Virus record (IMG/VR): IMGVR_UViG_3300027804_000063
Coordinates: 10,186-74,185 of that record
DNA from: a virus
Lineage: Duplodnaviria > Caudoviricetes
DNA length: 64,000 bases
Strand: one strand, 5' to 3'
The notes under the pieces: generated by a model
Told to the model about the DNA's origin: nothing
The model's database searches: none
What the model saw: only the letters and a program-made list of their open reading frames with translations
Translations under genes and position numbers: made by a program
In this document: positions 19,485-27,745 of the stretch, in pieces
Layout: every line of letters starts with the position of its first letter
Numbering within the stretch: the stretch's first letter is position 1

Positions 19485-19780
19485 TATCTTTTTATACCCC
19501 TTTCAGAGTTCTAGGTTTATCTAACACTACCATTATATATACCCCCACAACAAAAAGCAACCCCACCCCAAACATTTGTTTGCCCACCTCCCCAAAAACT
19601 TTTATATCCGCCACCGTTCGGTTTGCAGAACACTTCTGAGATCCCTCCGCGCCCCCGCCCGTCGGCTCAGGCTCACAGCCCCGCGTTTCTCTTCAGATGA
19701 CGGGGCTCCCGGGTTTGATCCCGGCTTGCATTCTGGTTGGGAGTCAGATAAACTACAAGAACTAGAAAAAGGGGGTCGTT

Positions 19781-20380
19781 TTGGCTCAAATTGAGTTAGA
19801 AATATTAGAAGAAGTCAGCAAATATTGGGTTTCCTTCCGCAAAAAGGAAAATATTCAGCAGAACTCGTGCATCTTGGCGTGCAACTTCGTGCGTCAAATC
19901 TTGATCCGCATGGGTGTAGACCACGAGGTTGTCCCCATCGGGACTACGGTCTTCAACCGCAGAGGTTGGGAACTGTTCGGTCTTGCAAACAACCAACTGC
20001 CTGACGACGCATGGCAAGTCCATTGTTCAAGCGCATCTTTGGGCAGAGGTTTCGGTGGTCATGTTGTAATCCAAACGAAGAACTATTTTTTTGATCCGAC
20101 AGCAGGCGCGTTCTCCCGACCTGAGCACGGCATGACCGTCCCCGAAACTTTGATAGTCCCGTTGGCGAAGATGGAAGTTCACAAACGGGACTCCAACACT
20201 CACCCTGTTCATGTTGTGTTTCGTACCAACAAGTTTTGGACTTTCCCGATCGGGTCGGGGTTGTATTCGTATTACTTTGAGAAGTGGAACACGATTTATC
20301 GTAAGTCACCCGATTGGCAGGTCTCACCGAAGCAGTTAGGGATACCTGACATAGTTGCGGAGATGCGTAAGGGTTCTTGA
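19781..20380 (+). CDS. Transglutaminase/papain-like fold protein (putative Cys-His-Asp triad)
   Basis: NSCILAC...GGHVV...FFDPTAG. Confidence 0.5.
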   Translation: MAQIELEILEEVSKYWVSFRKKENIQQNSCILACNFVRQILIRMGVDHEVVPIGTTVFNRRGWELFGLANNQLPDDAWQVHCSSASLGRGFGGHVVIQTKNYFFDPTAGAFSRPEHGMTVPETLIVPLAKMEVHKRDSNTHPVHVVFRTNKFWTFPIGSGLYSYYFEKWNTIYRKSPDWQVSPKQLGIPDIVAEMRKGS

Positions 20381-20443
20381 CTTTATAACACCCCACCCAT
20401 ATAATGGTACTTGTAATATAGAACTACTAAACAAGGAGACGAA

Positions 20444-20776
20444 ATGACCGAGAACACTTACCGAACAGTCAAGACTGTTCTAATCACAGCGACAGTCACT
20501 ATCGCATCAGTATTCGCTTTCAGTTATCTGAAAGAACAGAACCGACAAGACAACGAGTTCTTTTGTAACGGAGCACCTATCACCATTGAACAAGGCGACA
20601 CCTTGTATTGGATCGCACGCACAAACTGTGAAGGCAACACCATGAATGTTGTGGACGAACTTGTGCGAGTTTACGGAACTGATCTCACGGTTGGTGACAC
20701 GATCTACCTACCAACACACCCGAACTGCGAACTACGCATGACAGACGGCGGACAAGTAATGGAAGAGTGCAAGTAA
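20444..20776 (+). CDS. LysM-domain protein with N-terminal membrane anchor
   Basis: ITIEQGDTLYWIA...LTVGDTIYLP; TTGACT-N17-TATAAT promoter at 20377-20405. Confidence 0.8.
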   Translation: MTENTYRTVKTVLITATVTIASVFAFSYLKEQNRQDNEFFCNGAPITIEQGDTLYWIARTNCEGNTMNVVDELVRVYGTDLTVGDTIYLPTHPNCELRMTDGGQVMEECK

Positions 20777-21391
20777 TGGGAATAGAGAAACTAGATAACC
20801 CATACACAACGGAGTGTCTTGACTGCGGAATAAACCTGTGGTCACAATACCTGCACTATTTAGGTATGGACAACGACACCGCACAATGCGCAAACTGTCT
20901 AACAGCAAACCCTACTAAATACGAAAGAGAGATAGAAATAGCGTGAGCGAACAAAACGGACAACTACCGACCTTCGGAGAATGGTGCGACCTGCACCGAA
21001 TGAACCCCGACAACGACGACAACTACGAACTTTATTGTAAGTGGTTAGAAAGAGAGAAAAAGTCATGAGCATCACCGAACTAATCCCATCTACCGCCCGA
21101 GCGTGGAAAGCAGGGAAATACATTTACTGTCTTTCACACGGGCGAAGTCAAGTGATTAGCACCATAGAGTTTCTGAACGAAGATAGCGAACACCTATACG
21201 ACGGCAAGAAATGCGATTGGTGCGGAAAGAACTTAGGTAAAAAGTCATGAGCGACACCGAAGTCACCCTAGAGGACTTAGACGAAACAGTCAGCGAACTA
21301 GACCGCCTAATGGCGTTACTAGCGGAGCGTCTAGGCGCACGACCCGTAACCAAAGCACCTCACTACGAAGACAAATAGATAAACTATCTAG

Positions 21392-23338
21392 GTGTCAGAG
21401 AAATATCTTTTCCTAGCCGACGACCATCTCGTTTCAACCTCGCCATACGACCGAGAAGAAGTTGAACAGATCAAAGCGATTGACGGCGCAAAGTGGGACA
21501 AAATCGCTAAAGCGTGGCGTATCCCAATGTCTTCAGTTGTTGAAGCGCGGGACTTCGCAACCCGAAACGGGTTCACCATAGATCCTCAGGTTCTGACCTT
21601 TGATCTTCCCGAGAAACTCAACCCAACCAACGGAATAACTTTAGAAAAAGAGTTCATTTACCTGTCTTTTGCTTATGACCCCGTAAAAGTCAAAGCAGTC
21701 AAGCAAATCCCGAGCGTAACTTGGCACGCAAAAACGAAAGCGTGGCGTGCACCCGTAGCAAGCATCACCGAATGTATTGAATGGGCGGAGAAGTTCAACC
21801 AACAAGTCCCAACAAACCTAAAAGAGATGGCGACCCAACTGAAGGAAGTGCATGATGCGTCCGTGCAACAGTCCCGATCAACAGATGCGGATCTAGAAGT
21901 CGCGGGACTGCCACTTCTTCCATACCAGCGAGCCGGAGTGAAATACGCGTCGGAGGCAAAAAGATGCTTCATCGCAGACGACATGGGGTTGGGAAAAACT
22001 TTGCAAGCGATCGCAACTTTGGAATATGTGTGGGGTTCCTACCCTGCTGTTGTGGTTTGCCCACCGAACTTGGTGTTGAATTGGCAGAAAGAATACGCCA
22101 AATGGCTACCCGAAAGGACAGTCGTAACGGTTGTAGACCGTAAAACTTTTCCTGAACACAAAGACTTTGATGTTCTTGTTATTGGTTACTCTAACATCTC
22201 GCATTGGCAAAAGCAAATCACCAACCTCAACTTCAGGTCAGTCGTCTTTGATGAGTCACATTATGTGAAATCTCCGACGTCGCAGCGAACCAAAGCCGCG
22301 ATCAAGATCGCCAGAACAGCCCCGCGTGATGGCATCGTGTTGTGTCTGACCGGGACTCCTGTGACGAACAGACCAGCAGAGTACGCATCTCAGTTGGATG
22401 TGTTGGGGAAATTAAACGCGTTCGGCGGACTTTGGGGTTTTTACCGAAGGTATTGCGGTGCTTTCCGCGACAGATTCGGTCAATGGAACATCAACGGCAA
22501 CTCAAACTTAGATGAACTCAACGAAAGATTGCGTGGGAACTGCTACATCCGAAGAACCAAAGAACAGGTCCTGAAGGATCTTCCTCCCGTGCGGCACGCC
22601 AATATCGTCGTGTCCGGGAGCCCCGCGCAGATGGAAGAGTACCGTAAAGCAGAGCGGGACATCGTGGAATATTTGGTGGAACGCGCCAAACAGATCGCGT
22701 TGGAGATCGGTAAATCACCCGGGTCCGCTGCGGTTGTTGCACGCATCAAAGCCGAATCAAACGAACATTTGGTTCGTATTTCTGTGTTACGACGGCTAGC
22801 AGCAAAAGCAAAAATGGACTCAGTTGTTGAGTTTATTGAGGCGCACCGAGACGCAGGTTTGAAAGTTGTTGTCGCAGCACATCACCGAGACGTTGTTGAT
22901 GAACTCGCAAACAAGTTTGGGGGACTCAAGATCCAAGGAGGGATGCTGGTCTCAGATGTTGAAGAAGCGAAGTCCCGTTTCCAAGAAGAACCAACCGAAG
23001 ATGCACCCGTGATTGTGCTCAGCATCCAAGCCGCCAAAACTGGACACACGTTGACGGCAGCCCAAGACGTTCTTTTTGTTGAACTTCCGTGGACACCCGC
23101 AGATGTAGACCAAACATATAGTCGTTGCCACCGCTTGGGACAGCAGGGTTCTGTGACCGCAACATATTTGTTGTGCGAAGGAACTGTTGATGAGGAGATC
23201 TACAACCTGATCAGCCGCAAACGCGGGGTTGTTGATGCGGCGACGGATGGCGGGGCTGTGGAGCGAAAGCAGGAGTCGGTTGGTCAGATGATCGTCGGAT
23301 TGTTTGCACGGAGGGGACTTGATGGCATACAGTTCTGA
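21392..23338 (+). CDS. SNF2-family helicase with two N-terminal HARP-like domains (SMARCAL1-like)
   Basis: ADDMGLGKT, DESH, LTGTP, QTYSRCHRLGQ; two (P/A)YD...W....KAWR.P repeats. Confidence 0.9.
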   Translation: MSEKYLFLADDHLVSTSPYDREEVEQIKAIDGAKWDKIAKAWRIPMSSVVEARDFATRNGFTIDPQVLTFDLPEKLNPTNGITLEKEFIYLSFAYDPVKVKAVKQIPSVTWHAKTKAWRAPVASITECIEWAEKFNQQVPTNLKEMATQLKEVHDASVQQSRSTDADLEVAGLPLLPYQRAGVKYASEAKRCFIADDMGLGKTLQAIATLEYVWGSYPAVVVCPPNLVLNWQKEYAKWLPERTVVTVVDRKTFPEHKDFDVLVIGYSNISHWQKQITNLNFRSVVFDESHYVKSPTSQRTKAAIKIARTAPRDGIVLCLTGTPVTNRPAEYASQLDVLGKLNAFGGLWGFYRRYCGAFRDRFGQWNINGNSNLDELNERLRGNCYIRRTKEQVLKDLPPVRHANIVVSGSPAQMEEYRKAERDIVEYLVERAKQIALEIGKSPGSAAVVARIKAESNEHLVRISVLRRLAAKAKMDSVVEFIEAHRDAGLKVVVAAHHRDVVDELANKFGGLKIQGGMLVSDVEEAKSRFQEEPTEDAPVIVLSIQAAKTGHTLTAAQDVLFVELPWTPADVDQTYSRCHRLGQQGSVTATYLLCEGTVDEEIYNLISRKRGVVDAATDGGAVERKQESVGQMIVGLFARRGLDGIQF

Positions 23339-23342
23339 TCTC

Positions 23343-23418
23343 GCCCTCGTATCGGCTCACTCTTATAAGGTGTTGAAACCGTAGCGGTGACACGGTGGTT
23401 CAAATCCACCCGAGGGCA
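23343..23418 (+). tRNA. D-arm-less tRNA-like RNA, anticodon UAU (Ile)
   Basis: Acceptor GCCCTCG/CGAGGGC; T arm GGTGG-TTCAAAT-CCACC; anticodon loop CTTATAA; variable hairpin ACCG-TAG-CGGT. Confidence 0.6.
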
Positions 23419-23556
23419 CAAAACCCTTACCCAGTATGGCGTTCATTGTTTGTTTGCGGTTTGTTTACAATCTTTGCTATACTGGAGATACAAGATTACT
23501 TGACATAGACGGGCACAAGAGACCCGAGACCTATCCCCAAACCGAAGGACAATCTT

Positions 23557-24123
23557 TTGATACGCAAAGCAACTTTACTTATCATTTCCATATATGCCCT
23601 AACCTTCTTTGCCTCGGTCGCAAAAGCAAGCGCACCAGATGACTCCGTAAAACCGAAGTTCATCGCGTTAGCCCCGCTGTCGTCGGTAACCGCGGATCGC
23701 TTCAAAAACCCTGAAAAACCAGTGGTTTTTAGACATGGAGATATAAGTTGGTTGCCAGAACTGGCTTTGCAAGCCGGTTGGGAGCCGAAGCATCTCAGGA
23801 AACTCGGCGAAATCATTCTTCGCGAGTCGGGTGGATGCCCGAACCGCATCGGAAGTTCCATCGTTGATGCGAACTGCAACATCACTGGGTACACGAAGGC
23901 GACCAACAAGTCCGATACGGGGCTGTTGCAGATCAACGGCGTGAACTACAACCCCGAACGAAACAAGTGGGCGATTGCGTGCAGGGAAATGAACATTTGC
24001 ACCCAAGAGCCTTTGCTTGACCCGATTAATAATCTCAAGGTTGGGAAGTTGCTGTTTGATGAGGCGGGCTGGGGTCCGTGGAATGTGTGCAACTGGAACC
24101 CGAAGGCAAAAGGCTGTAAATAA
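23557..24123 (+). CDS. Lytic transglycosylase (SLT-like) with signal peptide
   Basis: ILRESGG, DTGLLQIN, DPINNL, GWGPW. Confidence 0.85.
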   Translation: MIRKATLLIISIYALTFFASVAKASAPDDSVKPKFIALAPLSSVTADRFKNPEKPVVFRHGDISWLPELALQAGWEPKHLRKLGEIILRESGGCPNRIGSSIVDANCNITGYTKATNKSDTGLLQINGVNYNPERNKWAIACREMNICTQEPLLDPINNLKVGKLLFDEAGWGPWNVCNWNPKAKGCK

Positions 24124-24147
24124 AGGGAAATATTTTATTTTTATAGG

Positions 24148-24176
24148 TTGACATCAACCCTTTCCTCGTATAAACT
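24148..24176 (+). promoter_or_regulatory. Sigma70-type promoter
   Basis: TTGACA-N17-TAAACT upstream of the DUF932 gene. Confidence 0.7.
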
Positions 24177-24214
24177 ATTCTGTATAAACTAAACAGAAGC
24201 CGAGGAGGTATCTG

Positions 24215-25240
24215 ATGGCAGCAAATATAGAAGTAAACAAGGACGGAACAGCACGATTCGCATACGCGGGTCCGCAAACACCGTGGCACCGACTAGGAAA
24301 GTCAATGAACGGTCTCCAAACCATTGACGCAATGTTGGAAGCGGCACAAGCGGACTATCAGGTGTTACTCACCAAGATCGCAGTCGTGGACGACGACGGC
24401 AACCTAATCCGAAACCCTGACGGCACACCCGTAGTCCTAGAGGACAACAAGGCAACCGTCCGAATGAACGACGACGGTTCTTTCTCCCCATTCGCAACAG
24501 TCGGCAATCGTTACGATGTCCGACAGAACCGAGAAGTACTTGAGCGTGCGATGGCAGTCGTAGGCGCATCTAGGGGCGACGCAGTGATTGACACTTGCGG
24601 TGTTCTCAAGGGCGGAGCACGATTCTTTGCGGGTATTGACTTGGGAACCCTTGTCATTGACCCAACGGGTGTGAACGACAAGATCGCACGATACCTCGTG
24701 GTCTCACACGGACACGACGGTTACTGGCCGATTCGGTACGCAAATACCGATGTTCGGGCAGTATGTCAAAACACCGTAATCATGGGTATCAAGAACGCAG
24801 AGCGTCTTTTCACCGCACGACACACCCGTAACGCAGACGAATATCTCAACACCGCACAAGAGGCGTTGCAGATCTCTACCGAATGGGCAAAGAACTTCAA
24901 AATCATGGCAGAACAAATGTTGGCAATCCCCGTCCCTCAAGCATCACAGCGAGTGGACAAGGTTCTCAACACAGTGTTCCCAATCAAAGCAACGGAAACA
25001 GATTCTCAGCGACGCAACCGTGAAGAAATCACAGGAACTATCCGTGCGTTGTACGGTTCACAGAAGAACGCAGGCGGTTACGGTTTCAACGGTTGGAGTA
25101 TCTACAACTCTGTAGTTGAATATCTTGACCACCATCGCAAGGGCGACGCAAGTGACCGAGCATTGGCAACCATTGAAGAATATTCTTGGGTGAACAAAGC
25201 AAAAATCACAGCACAGCACGCAGTGTTGGAACTCGCATAA
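24215..25240 (+). CDS. DUF932/DUF945 phage/plasmid-like protein (TIGR03299-like)
   Basis: PWHRLG...RAVCQNT...RHT...NGWSIYNSVVEYLDH. Confidence 0.85.
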   Translation: MAANIEVNKDGTARFAYAGPQTPWHRLGKSMNGLQTIDAMLEAAQADYQVLLTKIAVVDDDGNLIRNPDGTPVVLEDNKATVRMNDDGSFSPFATVGNRYDVRQNREVLERAMAVVGASRGDAVIDTCGVLKGGARFFAGIDLGTLVIDPTGVNDKIARYLVVSHGHDGYWPIRYANTDVRAVCQNTVIMGIKNAERLFTARHTRNADEYLNTAQEALQISTEWAKNFKIMAEQMLAIPVPQASQRVDKVLNTVFPIKATETDSQRRNREEITGTIRALYGSQKNAGGYGFNGWSIYNSVVEYLDHHRKGDASDRALATIEEYSWVNKAKITAQHAVLELA

Positions 25241-25302
25241 ATCTCACATCTCCTTGTTGAGACTTGGATGCCACCCCTTAATCGGGGTGGTATTCTTGTT
25301 TT

Positions 25303-25749
25303 ATGGACGACGCTGAGTGGGACGAGTTCAAAGGCGAAAAGATAGAACTCCCACCCGTCGCAATACCCAAAGACCTACTGAAAGAGTTAGCAGAGTTCGT
25401 GCAGAACGCTTTAGAGAAAGAAAACAAAGTGATGAGCCTCACCACCGAAGTATTAGACGAACTATACCGAGAGATACAAGACGAAGATATAGCCGCCTCA
25501 CACATCATCTCTTACATACAACGCAGACACCATTGGGATATTGAACTGCTCGCCGAACGCCAAGATGTAGACAATATGCTGATGGCACAGTTCAACCTGT
25601 TTGATGAACATATGTGGGATAAAGTGATGAATACCACCGCCATCTCAGATCTACACCACGAGACCTACAAACTGTCCCAAAAATATATTGCACGCGCGAT
25701 CGCCGAAGTGCTCGCCAAAGACGGGACTGGCGAACAACCAGCGTTCTAA
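25303..25749 (+). CDS. Hypothetical protein
   Basis: Acidic helical ORF. Confidence 0.7.
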   Translation: MDDAEWDEFKGEKIELPPVAIPKDLLKELAEFVQNALEKENKVMSLTTEVLDELYREIQDEDIAASHIISYIQRRHHWDIELLAERQDVDNMLMAQFNLFDEHMWDKVMNTTAISDLHHETYKLSQKYIARAIAEVLAKDGTGEQPAF

Positions 25750-25997
25750 GCGAGATCCTCCTCAAGCGGATCGCCGTCAATAATCTCCAAAGAAGCAGTA
25801 AACCGAGTTCCTTCTTCGTTATCTACAGATGTAACCGTAAAACCAAGCGAATCAAGCATCAAATCAGCCACCCCACCCATGTCGTCCTCAAACTGTGCGA
25901 CTTCTTCGTCGGTGGTTTCATCATCAACTGCGAGGGACACGAGGATCTCCATCAGCAGATCGCGGACTTTTAGGCGGGTTTCTTCAGGTGTTGGCAT
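25746..25997 (-). CDS. Hypothetical acidic protein
   Basis: Convergent ORF. Confidence 0.6.
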   Translation of the reverse strand: MPTPEETRLKVRDLLMEILVSLAVDDETTDEEVAQFEDDMGGVADLMLDSLGFTVTSVDNEEGTRFTASLEIIDGDPLEEDLA

Positions 25998-26080
25998 GGT
26001 TGCATCATAGTCCCGCGTCGGCTATAGTGATTGCAACTACCCAACCAAAAGGGTTGGGATTTACACTAGGAGGATCCGAA

Positions 26081-26548
26081 GTGAGTGCATCACCCGTAAC
26101 GCTGGTTGGGAATCTAACCGCCGACCCAGAACTGAAGTTTCTACCAACAGGAGTTGGTAAGTTGGCTTTCAGTATCGCAGTAAACCATTATTGGACTGAC
26201 CAAGATGGTGAAAAGCAGGAGAAAACCTCCTTTTTCAATGTTGTTGCATGGCGCAACCTTGCCGAAGATGCCGCGAATGTGCTCGCCAAAGGCGTGCGTG
26301 TTGTGGTGACGGGACGGTTGGAGCAACGCTCGTGGGACGACAAAGAGTCAGGTGCAAAGCGATCAACAGTTGAAGTTCTCGCCGACAACATTGGTTTGTC
26401 TGTTGGGAACATTGACTCGTTCGTCAGGAAGCAGAAGGCTGAAGGCGGTGCTCAGTTCACCCCGAAAGCAAAGACCGCAACCGCGCCTGCACGCAACAAA
26501 CCACAGCCGATGGCTCAAGTCCAACTTGAAGAAGAAGAGGCTTGGTAA
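26081..26548 (+). CDS. ssb: Single-stranded DNA-binding protein
   Basis: VTLVGNLTADPELKF...WRNLAE..A..L.KG.RVVVTGRLEQRSW; acidic tail; AGGAGG SD. Confidence 0.95.
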   Translation: MSASPVTLVGNLTADPELKFLPTGVGKLAFSIAVNHYWTDQDGEKQEKTSFFNVVAWRNLAEDAANVLAKGVRVVVTGRLEQRSWDDKESGAKRSTVEVLADNIGLSVGNIDSFVRKQKAEGGAQFTPKAKTATAPARNKPQPMAQVQLEEEEAW

Positions 26549-26742
26549 AAGATGCGTCCGCAACCAACTCTTGTGAGTTGGGGTAAACCACGATCCATGT
26601 GGCGGAGGACGTTGGGCGTGCTAGTCCCGTTCGCGTTCTTCTGCTTCGTGTTTGCGCTGGTTATGTGCGCGTGTTTTTTACTTTTGGTGAAGTAAGTCTG
26701 TCCCCCAATAAACCCTACCCGTGAGTGGGTTTGGGGGGCGCA

Positions 26743-27135
26743 TCAAATGGTTTCAATCTTGAATGATGTGTCAATGCTTTCCATCAACGGTCGGAGGTTT
26801 TCTTTTGCCTGTTCGTTGGTGTTACACCTCGTGTAGAGGTCTATTGTCGCTTCGTCTACTGCGAAGTCCGCTTCGTGTCCGTCTGCTGTTCCGCGACTGA
26901 GAACAATGTCGCCGACGAGTACTTGGTTGAACAGGTATGTCATCGCGACATTTATTTCCTGCTTGCGAAGTAAACCTTCGTCGTGGACATATGCGTGTAA
27001 ATCTTTGCGGAGTGGGTGTCTGACGAGATCAAACCATCCGCCAACCATGTGATGGATCATGATGTGTGCGTCGTCCACGGGGAGTTCAATGTGTCGGACT
27101 TCGCCGTTTGCTCTAACTAGTAGTGCTGATGTCAT
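26743..27135 (-). CDS. DUF3846 family protein
   Basis: MVGGWFDLV...AYVHDEGLL...LVGDIVL. Confidence 0.7.
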   Translation of the reverse strand: MTSALLVRANGEVRHIELPVDDAHIMIHHMVGGWFDLVRHPLRKDLHAYVHDEGLLRKQEINVAMTYLFNQVLVGDIVLSRGTADGHEADFAVDEATIDLYTRCNTNEQAKENLRPLMESIDTSFKIETI

Positions 27136-27740
27136 TTGCTGTTTCCTTTATTGTGTGATCGTATTCTTTGTCTAGGTTTTCCATGCGTTCGGGGAGATAG
27201 AACTCGTGTGTTGCGCGCGCAATGTAAGGGTTGCGCAACGGTTGCCATACGAGATGAACGCCTCGTGGGAGATAGTTTTTACACCATTCTGACGCTTCCA
27301 CGCCGTCTTGGAACGGACCGTACATTTTCATTGTTCTGTCCATATAGATCAACGCGACTAACGGTATGTCAATGAAATGTTTTGTGAGATGTTCTGTTAC
27401 GCGTTGTATTACTTTTTGGTGTTCTGCGAATGTGTCCCATTCATTGAAGTATGTTTCGCTCAGTTCGTCAAAGTATTGGTCGCTCATTTGATTGCGTTTG
27501 CCCATTCTTCTTCTGTTGGTGGTTGTGGTGTTGCTATCACAACGGTTTCGTTTTTGAGGTTATGTGCGACTACCCGTTCACGCTGAACAAGCAGTGTGAT
27601 ATCACCCGAGTATTCGTAGTAGTAGTCACCGAGGTCTACCGCACCGCATTTTGTATCTGCTACAAACTGTGCGTATGCGAGTAGACGATCGGCTTCTGTC
27701 TCGTATTCGTCTTTGGGACGAGCGAGTGGCATCTGCTCTT
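27113..27740 (-). CDS. Two hypothetical ORFs (27113-~27487 and 27484-~27740)
   Basis: Coupled ORFs; starts approximate. Confidence 0.55.
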
Positions 27741-27745
27741 TTGGT

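Larger units (their letters stand above)
1828..19625 (+). repeat. Dispersed co-oriented repeat, consensus TATA(T/C)(A/C)CGCCACCGTTC(A/G)GTT(T/G)GG, 10 copies
   Basis: Core CGCCACCGT at 1832, 2140, 2551, 3084, 3633, 7301, 11705, 14243, 15811 and 19609, all on the + strand. Confidence 0.95.
7390..19707. repeat. Inverted-arm site AG(C/T)CCCG-N17/18-CGGG(A/G)CT, 9 copies
   Basis: 7390-7420, 11797-11828, 12407-12437, 14310-14341, 15874-15905, 15955-15985, 16997-17027, 17315-17345, 19677-19707. Confidence 0.9.
5968..20405. promoter_or_regulatory. Promoter class ACACC-N7-(T/C)ANNNT, 14 copies
   Basis: Minus-strand copies at 5968, 6402, 7108, 9870, 10715, 11200, 12052, 13255, 14077, 15696, 16847, 18196 and 19184; plus-strand copy at 20388-20405; each lies upstream of a gene start. 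Confidence 0.85.

Noticed and set aside
1828-19707. CRISPR or TIGR-like array interpretation of the repeats
   Set aside because: Copies are 0.3-4.4 kb apart with genes between them; there is no regular repeat-spacer periodicity and no cas or Nop-domain gene was seen
7390-19707. MITE, IS ends or integron attC interpretation of the inverted sites
   Set aside because: No transposase or integrase in the window, no target-site duplications, and no attC R'/R'' boxes recognised; cannot be excluded genome-wide
22619-22626. AGCCCCGC half-sites in coding regions (also 29424)
   Set aside because: No partner arm at 17-18 nt; probably chance
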